Shown here piece by piece: positions 9,482 through 19,447 of a stretch of 63,669 bases of DNA. A model generated the notes under the pieces. The model made no database searches, was not told the DNA's origin, and saw only the letters and a list, made by a program, of their open reading frames with translations. This DNA comes from Phycisphaerae bacterium (GTDB lineage: Bacteria; Planctomycetota; Phycisphaerae; SM23-33). The stretch spans positions 1 to 63,669 of the forward strand of contig JBKHCL010000005.1 in the NCBI GenBank assembly GCA_046541875.1. The letters are read 5' to 3'. Position numbers and translations under genes: made by a program. Each line of letters starts with the position of its first letter. Position 1 is the stretch's first letter.

Positions 9482-11308
9482 TCAGCGCGATCCGAGTGTC
9501 ACGTTGAGCGTCTTGCTCTCCCCGTCGCGGCGGAGGGTTACCAGGACGGTTTGGCCGGGCTTGAACTTCCCCAGCGTCGCCCGCAGCGTGAACGCATCGG
9601 TCACGTCATGATCGCCGATGGCGGTGATAACGTCGCCGGCCTGCAAGCCCGCCTGGTCGGCCGGCCCGTCGGGCACGACGCGTCCGATCCCGAACCCCCC
9701 GGTCGCCCGGCCCGGCGCGACGCCAAGGTACACGTTCTTGCCCTTCCTGGGGGCCCGGTAGGCGATCGGCTCGTCGCGCGTGGCGACGGTCTTGAGAATG
9801 TCCCCCGCCAGCGAGAGCACACTCAACGCCCCGTCGGGGTTGATCTTCTCGATCGTGTCGCTGGGCCGGTGCAGGTCGCCGTGCATGCCCGTATTGAACG
9901 CCAGGACCGGGATCTTGGCGCGATAGAAGCTCGCGTGGTCGCTGGGCCCGGAGCCGGAGGACACGAGCTTCAGCTTCAGCGACGACCGCTTACCCGCCTC
10001 GGCGACGATCGTCCGCCATGCCTCCCCGCTGTCGACGCCCCAGACGTGAAGTCGGCCTTTGCGCACTCTGCCGATCATGTCAAAATTCAGCATCGCCGTT
10101 ACGTCGTTGGCGTCGATGCCCAACTCCCGCAGGTTGCTTACCATGTGCCCCGAGCCCACCAGCCCGCGTTCCTCGGCTGCGAAGGCGGCGAACACCATCG
10201 TCCGCCGGTCGCCCTTGTGCTTCGCGGCGTATCGCGCCATCCGCTCGGCCAGCACCATCACCCCGGCGGTCCCGCTGGCGTTGTCGTCGGCCCCGTGGAA
10301 AATCTGCTTCCTGCCGCCCGACTCGCGGCTGCCGAGATGGTCGTAGTGAGCGCCGATCACGACGACCTCCTCCTTGAGCTTGCCCGCCCCGGGCAGAACG
10401 CCCACGACGTTGTCGCACGCGACCGACGCCCGGCGGACCTTGAGCTCACCGGCGACCGTCACCCCCAGTGCAACGGGCCTGCCCGCTCCGGCGTCGGCAC
10501 GCTGTTTAAGCGCGTCGAAGTTCAACCCCTGCCGCTTGCACAACGCACGGAAACGATCCAGCGACAGCTGCAGAATCGGCATGCCGGAGCGACCCATCCG
10601 GGAGATCGTCTCGGGCAACGACGGGCCGTTGTCTTTGTTGTGTGCGGGCGGGTTGACGATGAGCACCGCAGCGGCCTTGTGTTTGCGGGCCAGGTCCAGC
10701 TTCGTGGAAAACCCCGCCGACCGCGTCCACATCCCATAGGCGGATCGCTTATCGGTCCAGAGGCTTTGGCCGTTGGCGTCGTGGGGCTCGTAGCGGAACA
10801 TCACCAGGACCTTGCCCTTCAGCTCGCCCTCCTTGACGCGTGCGTAGGAGTCGTAATCGCGGGCCTTGTTGACGGCCCCGTAGCCCACGAACACCGCCCC
10901 GCCCTGGAAGCGTGCCCCGCCGGTCAGCGGCAGCGGTCCGACGTCGCGGCCGGGCTTGAGGGTGTGGGTCTTCCCGTCGGCGTCGGTCAGGGCGACGTGG
11001 AATTTGGTGATCTTCCCCCCGATCGGACAGCGGAAGCCCTGGGTATACTTGTCCCCCACTGCGGGCTGGAGACCCACGTCCTTGAAATGGGCGATGATGA
11101 AGTCCCGCGCCTTGGCGATTCCCGCGCTGCCGGTGCCCCGCCCCTCAAACTCGTCGCCGGCGAGCTTGGCCACCAGCGCCTTGTACCGGGCGGCCTGCTC
11201 GGCTCGGGCGCCGTCGTCGATCGCCCGGACGGGCAACACCGCCATCGCCCCTGCCATCAGGGTTGCCAACGCGATCGTCCAGCGGCGCATAGTCCTTCGC
11301 TTGGTCAT
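9482..11308 (-). CDS. M28-family aminopeptidase with PA and C-terminal PDZ domains
   Basis: EGRGTG, FVGYG (PA), GAHYDHLG, GADDNASG, AEERGL, NFDMIG, SDHASF, PDZ 'GPADQAGLQAGDVI'; signal peptide. Confidence 0.9.
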   Translation of the reverse strand: MTKRRTMRRWTIALATLMAGAMAVLPVRAIDDGARAEQAARYKALVAKLAGDEFEGRGTGSAGIAKARDFIIAHFKDVGLQPAVGDKYTQGFRCPIGGKITKFHVALTDADGKTHTLKPGRDVGPLPLTGGARFQGGAVFVGYGAVNKARDYDSYARVKEGELKGKVLVMFRYEPHDANGQSLWTDKRSAYGMWTRSAGFSTKLDLARKHKAAAVLIVNPPAHNKDNGPSLPETISRMGRSGMPILQLSLDRFRALCKRQGLNFDALKQRADAGAGRPVALGVTVAGELKVRRASVACDNVVGVLPGAGKLKEEVVVIGAHYDHLGSRESGGRKQIFHGADDNASGTAGVMVLAERMARYAAKHKGDRRTMVFAAFAAEERGLVGSGHMVSNLRELGIDANDVTAMLNFDMIGRVRKGRLHVWGVDSGEAWRTIVAEAGKRSSLKLKLVSSGSGPSDHASFYRAKIPVLAFNTGMHGDLHRPSDTIEKINPDGALSVLSLAGDILKTVATRDEPIAYRAPRKGKNVYLGVAPGRATGGFGIGRVVPDGPADQAGLQAGDVITAIGDHDVTDAFTLRATLGKFKPGQTVLVTLRRDGESKTLNVTLGSR

Positions 11309-11524
11309 TCCGACACCTTCCAGATTGGGCGGCGCAGGCGGTCCGTTCTGTTCGATGGCACCGCCCTGGCCCCGCCGGATGTCCAGTTCTCCGTCCAGCT
11401 CCACCTGTAAGACCACCGGCGCGGGCTGCGGTTCCCGTTGCGTGGGAGAAATCCACAGCACCCCGGGGATGCCCGCCCACCTCGCCGACGGGCATGTCGC
11501 AGCAGAAAAGGAGGGCAGGCGGGC

Positions 11525-11941
11525 TCAGCGGGCGTTGTCGGGCCAATCGTTCTGCGACTCCCAGACCATCTCCAGCCGATCGATCGGCACGCGGACGTAG
11601 GCGCCGATGAGCGACTCGTCGTTGGTCCAGTTGGCGTCCTCCATCTGCAGCAGGCCGAAGTCGATGAGCACGGGCATGATCTGCCGCACGCGCCCCAGCC
11701 CGACGTAGGCCCACTTGCGGACGTGCTCGATCTGCCGCTTTTCCGACGGGTTTCCGCGGATCGCCTGGGTCCAGTCGAACCCGGCCTCGGTGACGTACTG
11801 GAACGTGACGCCCTCCACCAGCCCCGGCGTGACCCGGTTTCGGGAGGTCGAGATCCCGTCGCAGACGAAGTACGATTGGCCGTTGATGTAGATCTCGGCG
11901 AGTTGGCCGAGACCTTCGGTGTGTTCGAGTCGAATCTCCAT
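11525..11941 (-). CDS. Hypothetical protein (138 aa)
   Basis: Protein-like composition, AAGG upstream, fills an otherwise unexplained gap; no family recognised. Confidence 0.65.
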   Translation of the reverse strand: MEIRLEHTEGLGQLAEIYINGQSYFVCDGISTSRNRVTPGLVEGVTFQYVTEAGFDWTQAIRGNPSEKRQIEHVRKWAYVGLGRVRQIMPVLIDFGLLQMEDANWTNDESLIGAYVRVPIDRLEMVWESQNDWPDNAR

Positions 11942-12053
11942 GGCGCCTTTCCGCTCACGTTGCGTGTCTTGACGGCGGAAGGGTATCAGACCGGCCAGGC
12001 CATTGCGACGATCAGGGAGGAAAATCAGCCTCAGCGAGAGAGCAGTGGAGCGC

Positions 12054-12440
12054 TCAGGGTTCCTGGGAGTATTGCGGCAGGAGGATGGTGTCCGGGGGCT
12101 TCATCTCGGTGTAGTCTTCGGGCTGGCCGGCGAGGACGTCGAGAATAGCGTCGGTGATGCGATTGCCCGTGCGGTCCAGCCATCGACCCGTGCGACGGGC
12201 AGAGGTGCGGGCGCTGTCCCAGTTTTCGCGTCGCCGGACCTCACCGGCGAAGCGGACGGTGAAGTCTTCCATGTCGTATCCCCAGGACTCGTGAACGCCG
12301 GAGAGCATTGCCTCACCGGCGGTGTCCGGGCCATCGGGAAACAGGCCACACCCGCCCGCGGAGACCGCCAGCGAGAGCAGGCCGCCGGCCATGACGATCC
12401 ACCAGCCCAGCGGGATGTTTTTGATCAGAGGCTGTCGCAT
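12054..12440 (-). CDS. Hypothetical lipoprotein
   Basis: Start MRQPLIK with GGAG RBS; hydrophobic stretch ending in lipobox-like AGGC. Confidence 0.6.
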   Translation of the reverse strand: MRQPLIKNIPLGWWIVMAGGLLSLAVSAGGCGLFPDGPDTAGEAMLSGVHESWGYDMEDFTVRFAGEVRRRENWDSARTSARRTGRWLDRTGNRITDAILDVLAGQPEDYTEMKPPDTILLPQYSQEP

Positions 12441-12533
12441 CTGCGATGTCTCCGGAGAAAAGAGGCTGGGGCATGTACCGACCCGCCATCGCCCACGGCA
12501 GCTCAGCCACATACCCCAAGCTCCGACAATCGC

Positions 12534-12562
12534 ATATCGGCGGGACGGGCGTGGAAATTCGG
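12534..12562 (-). promoter_or_regulatory. FliA/sigma28-like promoter candidate
   Basis: CCGAATTT-N13-GCCGATAT on the minus strand upstream of 12054..12440; same -35 octamer and spacing as the 37700 copy. Confidence 0.5.
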
Positions 12563-12576
12563 CCCAAATCGAAGGC

Positions 12577-12620
12577 AAAAACATCGGCCGACGAGGGCAG
12601 GTTCGCCCCCCTCGGCCGAT
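12577..12620 (-). terminator. Intrinsic terminator after the oxidoreductase gene
   Basis: ATCGGCCGA/TCGGCCGAT stem followed by GTTTTT on the minus strand. Confidence 0.55.
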
Positions 12621-12658
12621 CGGGTCCGGCGTCTTCGGTTGTTTGCAGGCAGGCGGCG

Positions 12659-13732
12659 TTACCGGATGTTCACGGGCTTGCCGGTCTGGGCGGACTTGTA
12701 GATTCCGTTGATGATTTTCTGGGTGACGATGGCCTCGGAGGCCGGCACGCGGACGGGCCTGCCCTTGAGGATGTTGTTGCAGAAGTCGGCGACTTCCTTC
12801 TCGTGGGAGGACCAGTTGCACTTCTTGCCGTCCAGGTCGAGCATGTAGATGTCGGTCGGCGTGCAGTCGGTCAGATGGCCGAACTGCTCGATCTGAACAG
12901 CCAGCGGCGAGAGTCCCGCCCCGCCCCTGGTGCCTACGATGTCCTGGCCCTGTCGGCCATGGGGGAGGTTCACATTGAACGAGCACTCGATGCTCATCGT
13001 CGCGCCGTTCTCGAAGCGGACATACGCGCTGGCGAAGTCTTCCACGGTGTAGGTTTTGTGGTCCCACGGGCCGAAGCTGCCGAAATGCCCGGGCTTGTTG
13101 CCGATGGTGCGGTAGGTCGCCCCGGTGACGCTCACCGGTGCGGGGCAGCCCATCATCCACCAGGTCAGGTCGATCTGGTGGACGCCGATGTCGATCAGCC
13201 CGCCGCCGCCCTGCTCTTCCATCCGGCCGAACACGCCCCAACTGGGCACGCCCCGACGGCGGATCGCCTGGCAGCGGGCGTAGTAGACCTCGCCCAGGAC
13301 GTTCTCGTCCACCAGGTTGCGGACGAACTCCGCCTCGGGGCGGTAGCGGTGCATCAGCCCGATCTGCAGTTGGAGGTCGTGCTCGTCGGCGGTCTTGACC
13401 ATGCGTTTTGCCTCGGCGACGGTCATGGACATGGGCTTCTCGCAGAGCACGTGCTTGCCGGCTTTGAGGGCGTCGGTGGTCTGCTTGGCGTGGTACTTGT
13501 TCGGCGTGCAGATGCTGACGGCCTGGACGTCGTCGAGCTTGAGCATCTTTTTATAGTCTGTGAAGCAGCGGTCCTCGGGCACGTCCCACTGCTCGGCCCG
13601 CTTCTTGAGGTTCTCGGTGCTCACGTCGGCCAGCGCGACGATCTCGCCCAGCCCGCTCTTGGTGTAGCCGTTGTAGTGGGCGTTGGATATGCCGCCCGTT
13701 CCGATGATCCCAACCTTCAACTTCCTGGCCAT
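12659..13732 (-). CDS. Gfo/Idh/MocA family oxidoreductase
   Basis: VGIIGTGGIS Rossmann motif, GKHVLCEKPM, GGGLIDIGVH; AGGAAGGA RBS. Confidence 0.93.
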   Translation of the reverse strand: MARKLKVGIIGTGGISNAHYNGYTKSGLGEIVALADVSTENLKKRAEQWDVPEDRCFTDYKKMLKLDDVQAVSICTPNKYHAKQTTDALKAGKHVLCEKPMSMTVAEAKRMVKTADEHDLQLQIGLMHRYRPEAEFVRNLVDENVLGEVYYARCQAIRRRGVPSWGVFGRMEEQGGGGLIDIGVHQIDLTWWMMGCPAPVSVTGATYRTIGNKPGHFGSFGPWDHKTYTVEDFASAYVRFENGATMSIECSFNVNLPHGRQGQDIVGTRGGAGLSPLAVQIEQFGHLTDCTPTDIYMLDLDGKKCNWSSHEKEVADFCNNILKGRPVRVPASEAIVTQKIINGIYKSAQTGKPVNIR

Positions 13733-14028
13733 GGGGTCCTGCTCTTCCTTCCTGTACCTCGGGCGATGCGTCTGTTGTCGACGCGATGTGAGAAAACGGG
13801 ACCGCCGAGGGAAATCCCGTCCCCGAGGACCTTTGACCCCGGGGGATATCTTCTGCCTCCGGGCCGGCAGGAAACGCGCTGCGGCCCGCCTGCCGCCGAA
13901 CGGATGGTCGGCCCGGACGGAAGGGAACTTGCCCAATCGATCTACCCCGCCGCTGCGGGGTGTGCAAGGGTTTTTGCGGCGACTGCCCGAGATTTGCGCG
14001 AAATTCGATGAATCCGACACTTTTGCCG

Positions 14029-14057
14029 TTGACGCCCCCGTCGGCCGGGCCTATAGA
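14029..14057 (+). promoter_or_regulatory. sigma70-type promoter for the ABC exporter leader
   Basis: TTGACG-N17-TATAGA. Confidence 0.7.
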
Positions 14058-14110
14058 AGAGGTCGTCGGGCAGAGCTTGGCCGACCCCACGTATGCAGGA
14101 GCAGGCATCC

Positions 14111-14197
14111 ATGCGAATCGCGACCTTCCCTATTATGACGGTGAACCCGCAGTCGGGCGCCCTGCGCCACGACGCGCGCCCGGAGGTAAGCGACTGA
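14111..14197 (+). CDS. Putative 28-aa leader peptide (MRIATFPIMTVNPQSGALRHDARPEVSD)
   Basis: AGGAG RBS 9 nt before the ATG; lies between promoter and terminator; below the ORF-track length cutoff. Confidence 0.6.
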   Translation: MRIATFPIMTVNPQSGALRHDARPEVSD

Positions 14198-14225
14198 TTC
14201 GCACGCAAACGCACCGCGAATATTC

Positions 14226-14259
14226 AGGCCCGCTTGCCGAACGGTGAGCGGGCCTTTTT
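14226..14259 (+). terminator. Intrinsic terminator (attenuator) in the 5' leader of the ABC exporter operon
   Basis: AGGCCCGCTTGCC-GAAC-GGTGAGCGGGCCT 13-bp stem (2 G-U pairs) followed by TTTT, about 95 nt before the first structural gene. Confidence 0.75.
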
Positions 14260-14355
14260 CGTGCTTCCCCTTCCGGGAGCTATCGGGGCCCGCAGGCGAG
14301 CGAGCAACAGAGCGACTGAGATGTACTCGAAGGCCCCCGGACGGGGAAAAGACTC

Positions 14356-16248
14356 ATGGCCAGACGAACACACACATTATGGACCTTCATGAAGGGGCAC
14401 CGGCGACGGTACCTCCTGGCGATCGGTGCGCTGATCGTGGCGACGCTGATTTCCTACATGCCGCCGCTGGTGATCGGGGCGGTGATCGACAACGTCATCG
14501 ACGGCAAACCCCTGCGCGGACCCGAATGGCTGACGGGCCTCTTCGATGCCATCGGCGGACGGACCGTTCTCGGCAGCAACCTCTGGATCGGCGGGCTGGC
14601 GATCGTCGCGCTGATGGCCGGCAGCGGCGTGTTCCTGTACGTCAAGGGCAGGTACGCCGCCCACGCGGCGGAGGGTATCTCGCGCAACATCCGCGAGACC
14701 GTCTACAACCACCTGCAGAACCTGCCCGTCTCGTTCCACGACGAGTCGGACACCGGCGACCTGGTGCAGCGATGCACCTCGGACATCGACACGATCCACG
14801 TGTTCCTCTCGCTGCAGGTGGTCGAGATCGGGCGCGGGGCTGCGCTGATCGCCACAGCCCTTCCGATCATGCTGTACCTCAACGTGTGGATGACCGGCGT
14901 GTCGATGGTGCTGATTCCGGTGATCCTGATTTTCACGGTGTGGTTCTTCATTCAGGTGCGCGGCGCGTTCAAGCGGTCCGACGAGGCCGAGGGCAAGATG
15001 ACCGCACGTCTGCAGGAGAATCTCACGGGCATCCGCGTGGTGCGGGCGTTCGCGCGTCAGGAGCACGAGTGCGCGCTGTTCGCCCGGCGCAACGCCACCT
15101 GGCGCGACCTGGACTATCGCCTGATCCGCCTGCTGGGGGTGTACTGGTCGCTCTCGGACCTGCTGTGCTTCGCCCAGCGCGGACTGGTGCTGTTCGCCGG
15201 GGCGTGGCTGGTCAGTCGCGGGGAGATGAAGATCGGTCAGATGGTCGTGTTCTTCATGTTCGTGGACCGGTTCCTCTGGCCGATCCGTCGGCTGGGGCGG
15301 GTGCTGACCGATCTGGGCAAAGCCACCGTCTCGATCGACCGGCTCGGGGAAATCCTCGAAAACGAGCCCGAGACCACCACCGAAGGCGACGTGCCGGAGC
15401 TGGACGTCGCCGGGGAGATCGAGTTCCGCAACGTGAGCTTCGCATTCACCCCGACGGGCATGGGCGTGCGAAAGAGCGACGACGACACCCCGCCGTCGGA
15501 CGGGTCGCCCGATCGTGAATCCGACGCGCCGCCGGTGCTGCGCGATGTCTCCTTCCACGTCGAGCCCGGGGCGACACTGGCGATTCTCGGGCCTTCCGGC
15601 TCGGGCAAGAGCACGATCGTGAACCTGCTGCTTCGGCTGTACAACTACGAGCAGGGCGAGATCCTGCTGGACGGGCGCGAGCTGCACGAGCTGGACGCCC
15701 AGGCGGTTCGCAACCAGATCGGCGTGATCCTCCAGGAGCCGTTCCTGTATTCCCGTTCGGTTCGGGAGAACGTCAAGCTGGGTCGATCGGCGGCCAGCGA
15801 CGAGGAAATGATCGAAGCGACCACCGCCGCCTGCGTGCACGACTCGATCCAGTCGTTCGAGGAAGGGTACGACACGAAGGTCGGCGAGCGCGGCGTGACG
15901 CTCTCGGGCGGGCAGCGGCAGCGGGTGGCGCTCGCGCGGGCCATCCTGAACGATCCGCCCATCCTCGTGCTGGACGACGCCCTCTCCGCCGTCGATACGC
16001 GGACCGAGAAGATGGTCCTCGACGCCCTGCAGGACCGCCGAGGTCGACATACCACGTTGATCATCGCACACCGCATCTCGACGCTGATGCACGCCGACGA
16101 GATCATCGTGCTCGAACATGGCCGCGTTGTGCAGACCGGTTCGCACGAGCAGTTGCTCAATCAGCCGGGCCTGTACCGCCGGCTGTGGGACATTCAGAAC
16201 TCCCTGGAGGCCGACCTCGATGAGGACCTCCAGGCCGCCAATACCTGA
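14356..16248 (+). CDS. ABC exporter subunit (TMD-NBD), degenerate-site partner
   Basis: 6-TM domain, Walker A GPSGSGKS, LSGGQ, Walker B ILVLDD (Asp at the catalytic Glu position), AHR. Confidence 0.93.
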   Translation: MARRTHTLWTFMKGHRRRYLLAIGALIVATLISYMPPLVIGAVIDNVIDGKPLRGPEWLTGLFDAIGGRTVLGSNLWIGGLAIVALMAGSGVFLYVKGRYAAHAAEGISRNIRETVYNHLQNLPVSFHDESDTGDLVQRCTSDIDTIHVFLSLQVVEIGRGAALIATALPIMLYLNVWMTGVSMVLIPVILIFTVWFFIQVRGAFKRSDEAEGKMTARLQENLTGIRVVRAFARQEHECALFARRNATWRDLDYRLIRLLGVYWSLSDLLCFAQRGLVLFAGAWLVSRGEMKIGQMVVFFMFVDRFLWPIRRLGRVLTDLGKATVSIDRLGEILENEPETTTEGDVPELDVAGEIEFRNVSFAFTPTGMGVRKSDDDTPPSDGSPDRESDAPPVLRDVSFHVEPGATLAILGPSGSGKSTIVNLLLRLYNYEQGEILLDGRELHELDAQAVRNQIGVILQEPFLYSRSVRENVKLGRSAASDEEMIEATTAACVHDSIQSFEEGYDTKVGERGVTLSGGQRQRVALARAILNDPPILVLDDALSAVDTRTEKMVLDALQDRRGRHTTLIIAHRISTLMHADEIIVLEHGRVVQTGSHEQLLNQPGLYRRLWDIQNSLEADLDEDLQAANT

Positions 16249-16316
16249 CCACCGCCGACCGTGGCGCGGGCCCGAAGACGCCCGCATCGCAACCGTCGGC
16301 CGGAAGGACAGCAAGC

Positions 16317-18176
16317 ATGACCCAAGCTGCACTCGAACACGAAACCGACCAGCTGCCCCAGGGGCTGGACCTGCACCTGTGGAAGCGGATCTATCAGCTG
16401 GCGATGCCCCACAGACGAACGCTGCTGGCCCTGGCCGGTACGTCCATGCTGCTGGCGGCCACCGACGCCGCCATGACGCTCGTGCCCAAGTACGTCATCG
16501 ACACCCTCCGGGGCGAAACGGCAACCAGCAGCTTCTGGCCATGGATGTGGATGTACATCGCCCTGGCGGTGATGTTCAGCGTGTGCGTGTGGGCGTTCAT
16601 CTCGTTCGCCGGGAAAATCGCCACGCACGTCAGCCACGACATCCGCAAGGCGGGCTTCGAGAAGCTTCAGGATTTGAGCTTCTCCTACTTCGACACCCGA
16701 CCGGCCGGTTGGCTGATGGCCCGGATGACCAGCGACTGCAACAAGCTCTCGCGCATTCTCGCGTGGGGCACGCTGGAGATGGTCTGGGGGACGTGCTTCA
16801 CGCTGGGGCTGATCACCATCATGCTCCTGGTGGACTGGCGTCTTGCGCTGATCGTACTGAGCGTGGTCCCGGTCCTGGCGTGGGTGAGCGTGGTCTTCCA
16901 GCGGAGGATTCTCACCTCCTCCCGCCGCGTGCGGAAGAACAACTCCGAGATCACCGCCAACTTCAATGAGTCCATCAGCGGCGTGCGGACCACCAAAACA
17001 CTGGTTCGCGAACGGGCGAACTTCTCGGAGTTCCAGCACCTGACCTCCACGATGGAGACCAACTCCATCCGCAACGCCCTGTATACGGCGGTGTACCTGC
17101 CGATCGTCATCACGCTTGGTGCAATCGGCACGGGGCTGGCATTGTGGCGAGGCGGGGTGGACGTGCTGGGCGGAGGAATGACGCTGGGCAGCCTGGTGCT
17201 GTTTATCAACTGCTCGGCCCAACTGGTGTTCCCGGTGCAGGAACTGGCGCAGATGTTCGCCGAGCTGCAGGCCGCCCGCGCCGCGGCCGAGCGCGTGCTG
17301 GAGCTGCTGGACACCGAACCGGACATCCAGGACTCCCCGCAGGTGCAGGCCGCCATCACCACACACGCCGACGCCACCCGGAACAACCCCGCCCTGGCCG
17401 AAGATGGCGGACCCGCGCAGATCAACACGGTCGAGTTCCGTCACGTCCGCTTCGAGTACGTCCCCGGCGAGCCGGTGCTGAATGACTTCAGTCTCCGCGT
17501 GGGAGAGGGCGAAACCATCGCGCTGGTCGGGCCCACCGGCGGCGGAAAGAGCACCATCGTCTCGCTGCTGTGCCGGTTCTACGAACCCACCGCCGGGGAG
17601 ATCCTCCTGGACGGGGTGGACTACCGCAAACGCAGCCTCCACTGGCTGCAGTCGAACCTGGGCATCGTGCTCCAGTCGCCGCACCTGTTCAGCGGGACGG
17701 TGCGGGAGAACATCGCGTACGGCCGACCGGACGCCACGGAAGACGAAATCCGCCGGGCGGCTGAGCTGGTCAACGCCCATGAGTTCATCGTCGAACTCGA
17801 GGACGGCTACGATACGGAAGTGGGCGAGGGCGGGGGCAAGCTCTCGACCGGTCAGAAGCAACTGATCTCGTTCGCCCGGGCGGTGCTGGCCGATCCGCAG
17901 ATTTTCGTAATGGACGAGGCGACCTCATCGGTGGACACCGAGACCGAGCAACAGATCCAGGCGGGCATCGCCGAGGTCCTCCGCGGGCGGATCAGCTTCG
18001 TGATCGCCCACCGCCTTTCGACCATCCGCAAGGCCGACCGGATCCTGGTGATTCAGGACGGACGAATCGCCGAGTGCGGCTCGCACCGGGATCTGATCGC
18101 CCAGCGCGGCGAGTACTACCAGCTCTACACCCACCAGTTCAGCCAGGAACGCCAAGCAGACGCCCTGGGCGACTAG
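16317..18176 (+). CDS. ABC exporter subunit (TMD-NBD), heterodimer partner
   Basis: 6-TM domain, GPTGGGKS, non-canonical signature LSTGQ, FVMDE, AHR; the pair fits an asymmetric heterodimeric exporter. Confidence 0.93.
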   Translation: MTQAALEHETDQLPQGLDLHLWKRIYQLAMPHRRTLLALAGTSMLLAATDAAMTLVPKYVIDTLRGETATSSFWPWMWMYIALAVMFSVCVWAFISFAGKIATHVSHDIRKAGFEKLQDLSFSYFDTRPAGWLMARMTSDCNKLSRILAWGTLEMVWGTCFTLGLITIMLLVDWRLALIVLSVVPVLAWVSVVFQRRILTSSRRVRKNNSEITANFNESISGVRTTKTLVRERANFSEFQHLTSTMETNSIRNALYTAVYLPIVITLGAIGTGLALWRGGVDVLGGGMTLGSLVLFINCSAQLVFPVQELAQMFAELQAARAAAERVLELLDTEPDIQDSPQVQAAITTHADATRNNPALAEDGGPAQINTVEFRHVRFEYVPGEPVLNDFSLRVGEGETIALVGPTGGGKSTIVSLLCRFYEPTAGEILLDGVDYRKRSLHWLQSNLGIVLQSPHLFSGTVRENIAYGRPDATEDEIRRAAELVNAHEFIVELEDGYDTEVGEGGGKLSTGQKQLISFARAVLADPQIFVMDEATSSVDTETEQQIQAGIAEVLRGRISFVIAHRLSTIRKADRILVIQDGRIAECGSHRDLIAQRGEYYQLYTHQFSQERQADALGD

Positions 18177-18536
18177 AACACTCTCTTCCAACCCCGGTGG
18201 GGTGGGCTGCGCAACCGCCGGCCTGACGCATCAACGTTTTGCATCGCCCCTTTTACGGCACGTTTGCTTGTGTGCAGGAACGATTTTCGGTGTATTCTCG
18301 TTGGAAGATTGGCTGATGTGCGAACAATTCGCCCGAGCGACTTGCCGCATGCCGCACCAGTAATTCGGAATATCGGTCAGAACATGATGTTGTTCTTGTG
18401 CAAAGTCTCTGATCTCGGGTAGAATGAAGCATACTGAGGTGGTCGACTGTTCTCCCCGGAGGCGTCGACCAACGGTTCCACATCCATATTTGAGGTCGAC
18501 GTCCCCGCTGTTGTGGACGTCGGAAAAGAGGCTGTT

Positions 18537-19424
18537 ATGTACAGACGACCCTCCCGTCGGGCGTTCACCCTGATCGAGTTACTGGTGGTGATCGCGATCA
18601 TTGCCCTGCTCGTGTCCATCCTCCTGCCGTCGCTGAAGCAGGCCAAGGAGCAGGCAAAATCCGCCATCTGCCGGACCAATCTCAAGGGGATCGGTACGAT
18701 CATGGCCGAGTACGAGAGCGTCTACAACGCGCTGCCCGGCAGCTACATCAAGCACTCCGACGGCGGTCGATCGCAATGGACACACGCCCTGGCGGACGCC
18801 GACTCGATATCGAGCGACCTGATGAAAGACCCCGACAAGGAAAACATGCTGCCCGAGTCGTCCGTGCTGATCTGCCCCTCCTCCGACGAGACCATCCTCA
18901 CGGACGGCTGGGCGGGAGAAGGCCCCAACCAGGACCGCTCCTACTACGCCCGCAAGGCACGCGAACGACGATTCATCCTCGCCACCGAGAAGTACGGCGC
19001 CGGCGGCGATACCGACATGTGGGTTCACACCTCCTACGGCGCCAACGGCGGCAACTGGGAATCACGCCCTTTCTACAACCGCTGGGCGATGCCCCATCCA
19101 TGGATCGATGAGAACGGCAGGCGGACTCAGCACGCCAGGCTGCACAAGTTCCAGATCGCCCCGTCGCAGGTCATCAGCATTTTCGATGGCTGGTTCAACC
19201 ATGTCTCGGGGGCCGACTTCTTCAGCCTGCGCCACATTCAGCAGACGCGCATCAATGTGCTCTGCGCCGACGGCCATACCGAGTCGCTTCAGAACGAGGA
19301 AGTCAGCGCCATGAGCCCCCGAGGCTTCTACGGCGATAACGAGTTCTACGACCAGTCGCTTAAGCCCGGACACTACTTCGTCGAACCGTCCAACGCCCCG
19401 AAGAGCTGGCCTAAAGACTGGTAA
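18537..19424 (+). CDS. Prepilin-type N-terminal cleavage/methylation protein with H-X9-DG motif (DUF1559-like)
   Basis: AFTLIELLVVIAIIALLVSILLPSL..AKEQA..C.TNLK and C-terminal RH-x-NVLCADGH. Confidence 0.9.
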   Translation: MYRRPSRRAFTLIELLVVIAIIALLVSILLPSLKQAKEQAKSAICRTNLKGIGTIMAEYESVYNALPGSYIKHSDGGRSQWTHALADADSISSDLMKDPDKENMLPESSVLICPSSDETILTDGWAGEGPNQDRSYYARKARERRFILATEKYGAGGDTDMWVHTSYGANGGNWESRPFYNRWAMPHPWIDENGRRTQHARLHKFQIAPSQVISIFDGWFNHVSGADFFSLRHIQQTRINVLCADGHTESLQNEEVSAMSPRGFYGDNEFYDQSLKPGHYFVEPSNAPKSWPKDW

Positions 19425-19447
19425 GATTGTTCCAGAGCGTTCCTCCG

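Noticed and set aside
14060-14260. T-box or metabolite riboswitch in the ABC exporter leader
   Set aside because: No T-box UGGNACC bulge or recognisable aptamer core; the leader-ORF attenuator explains the structure better
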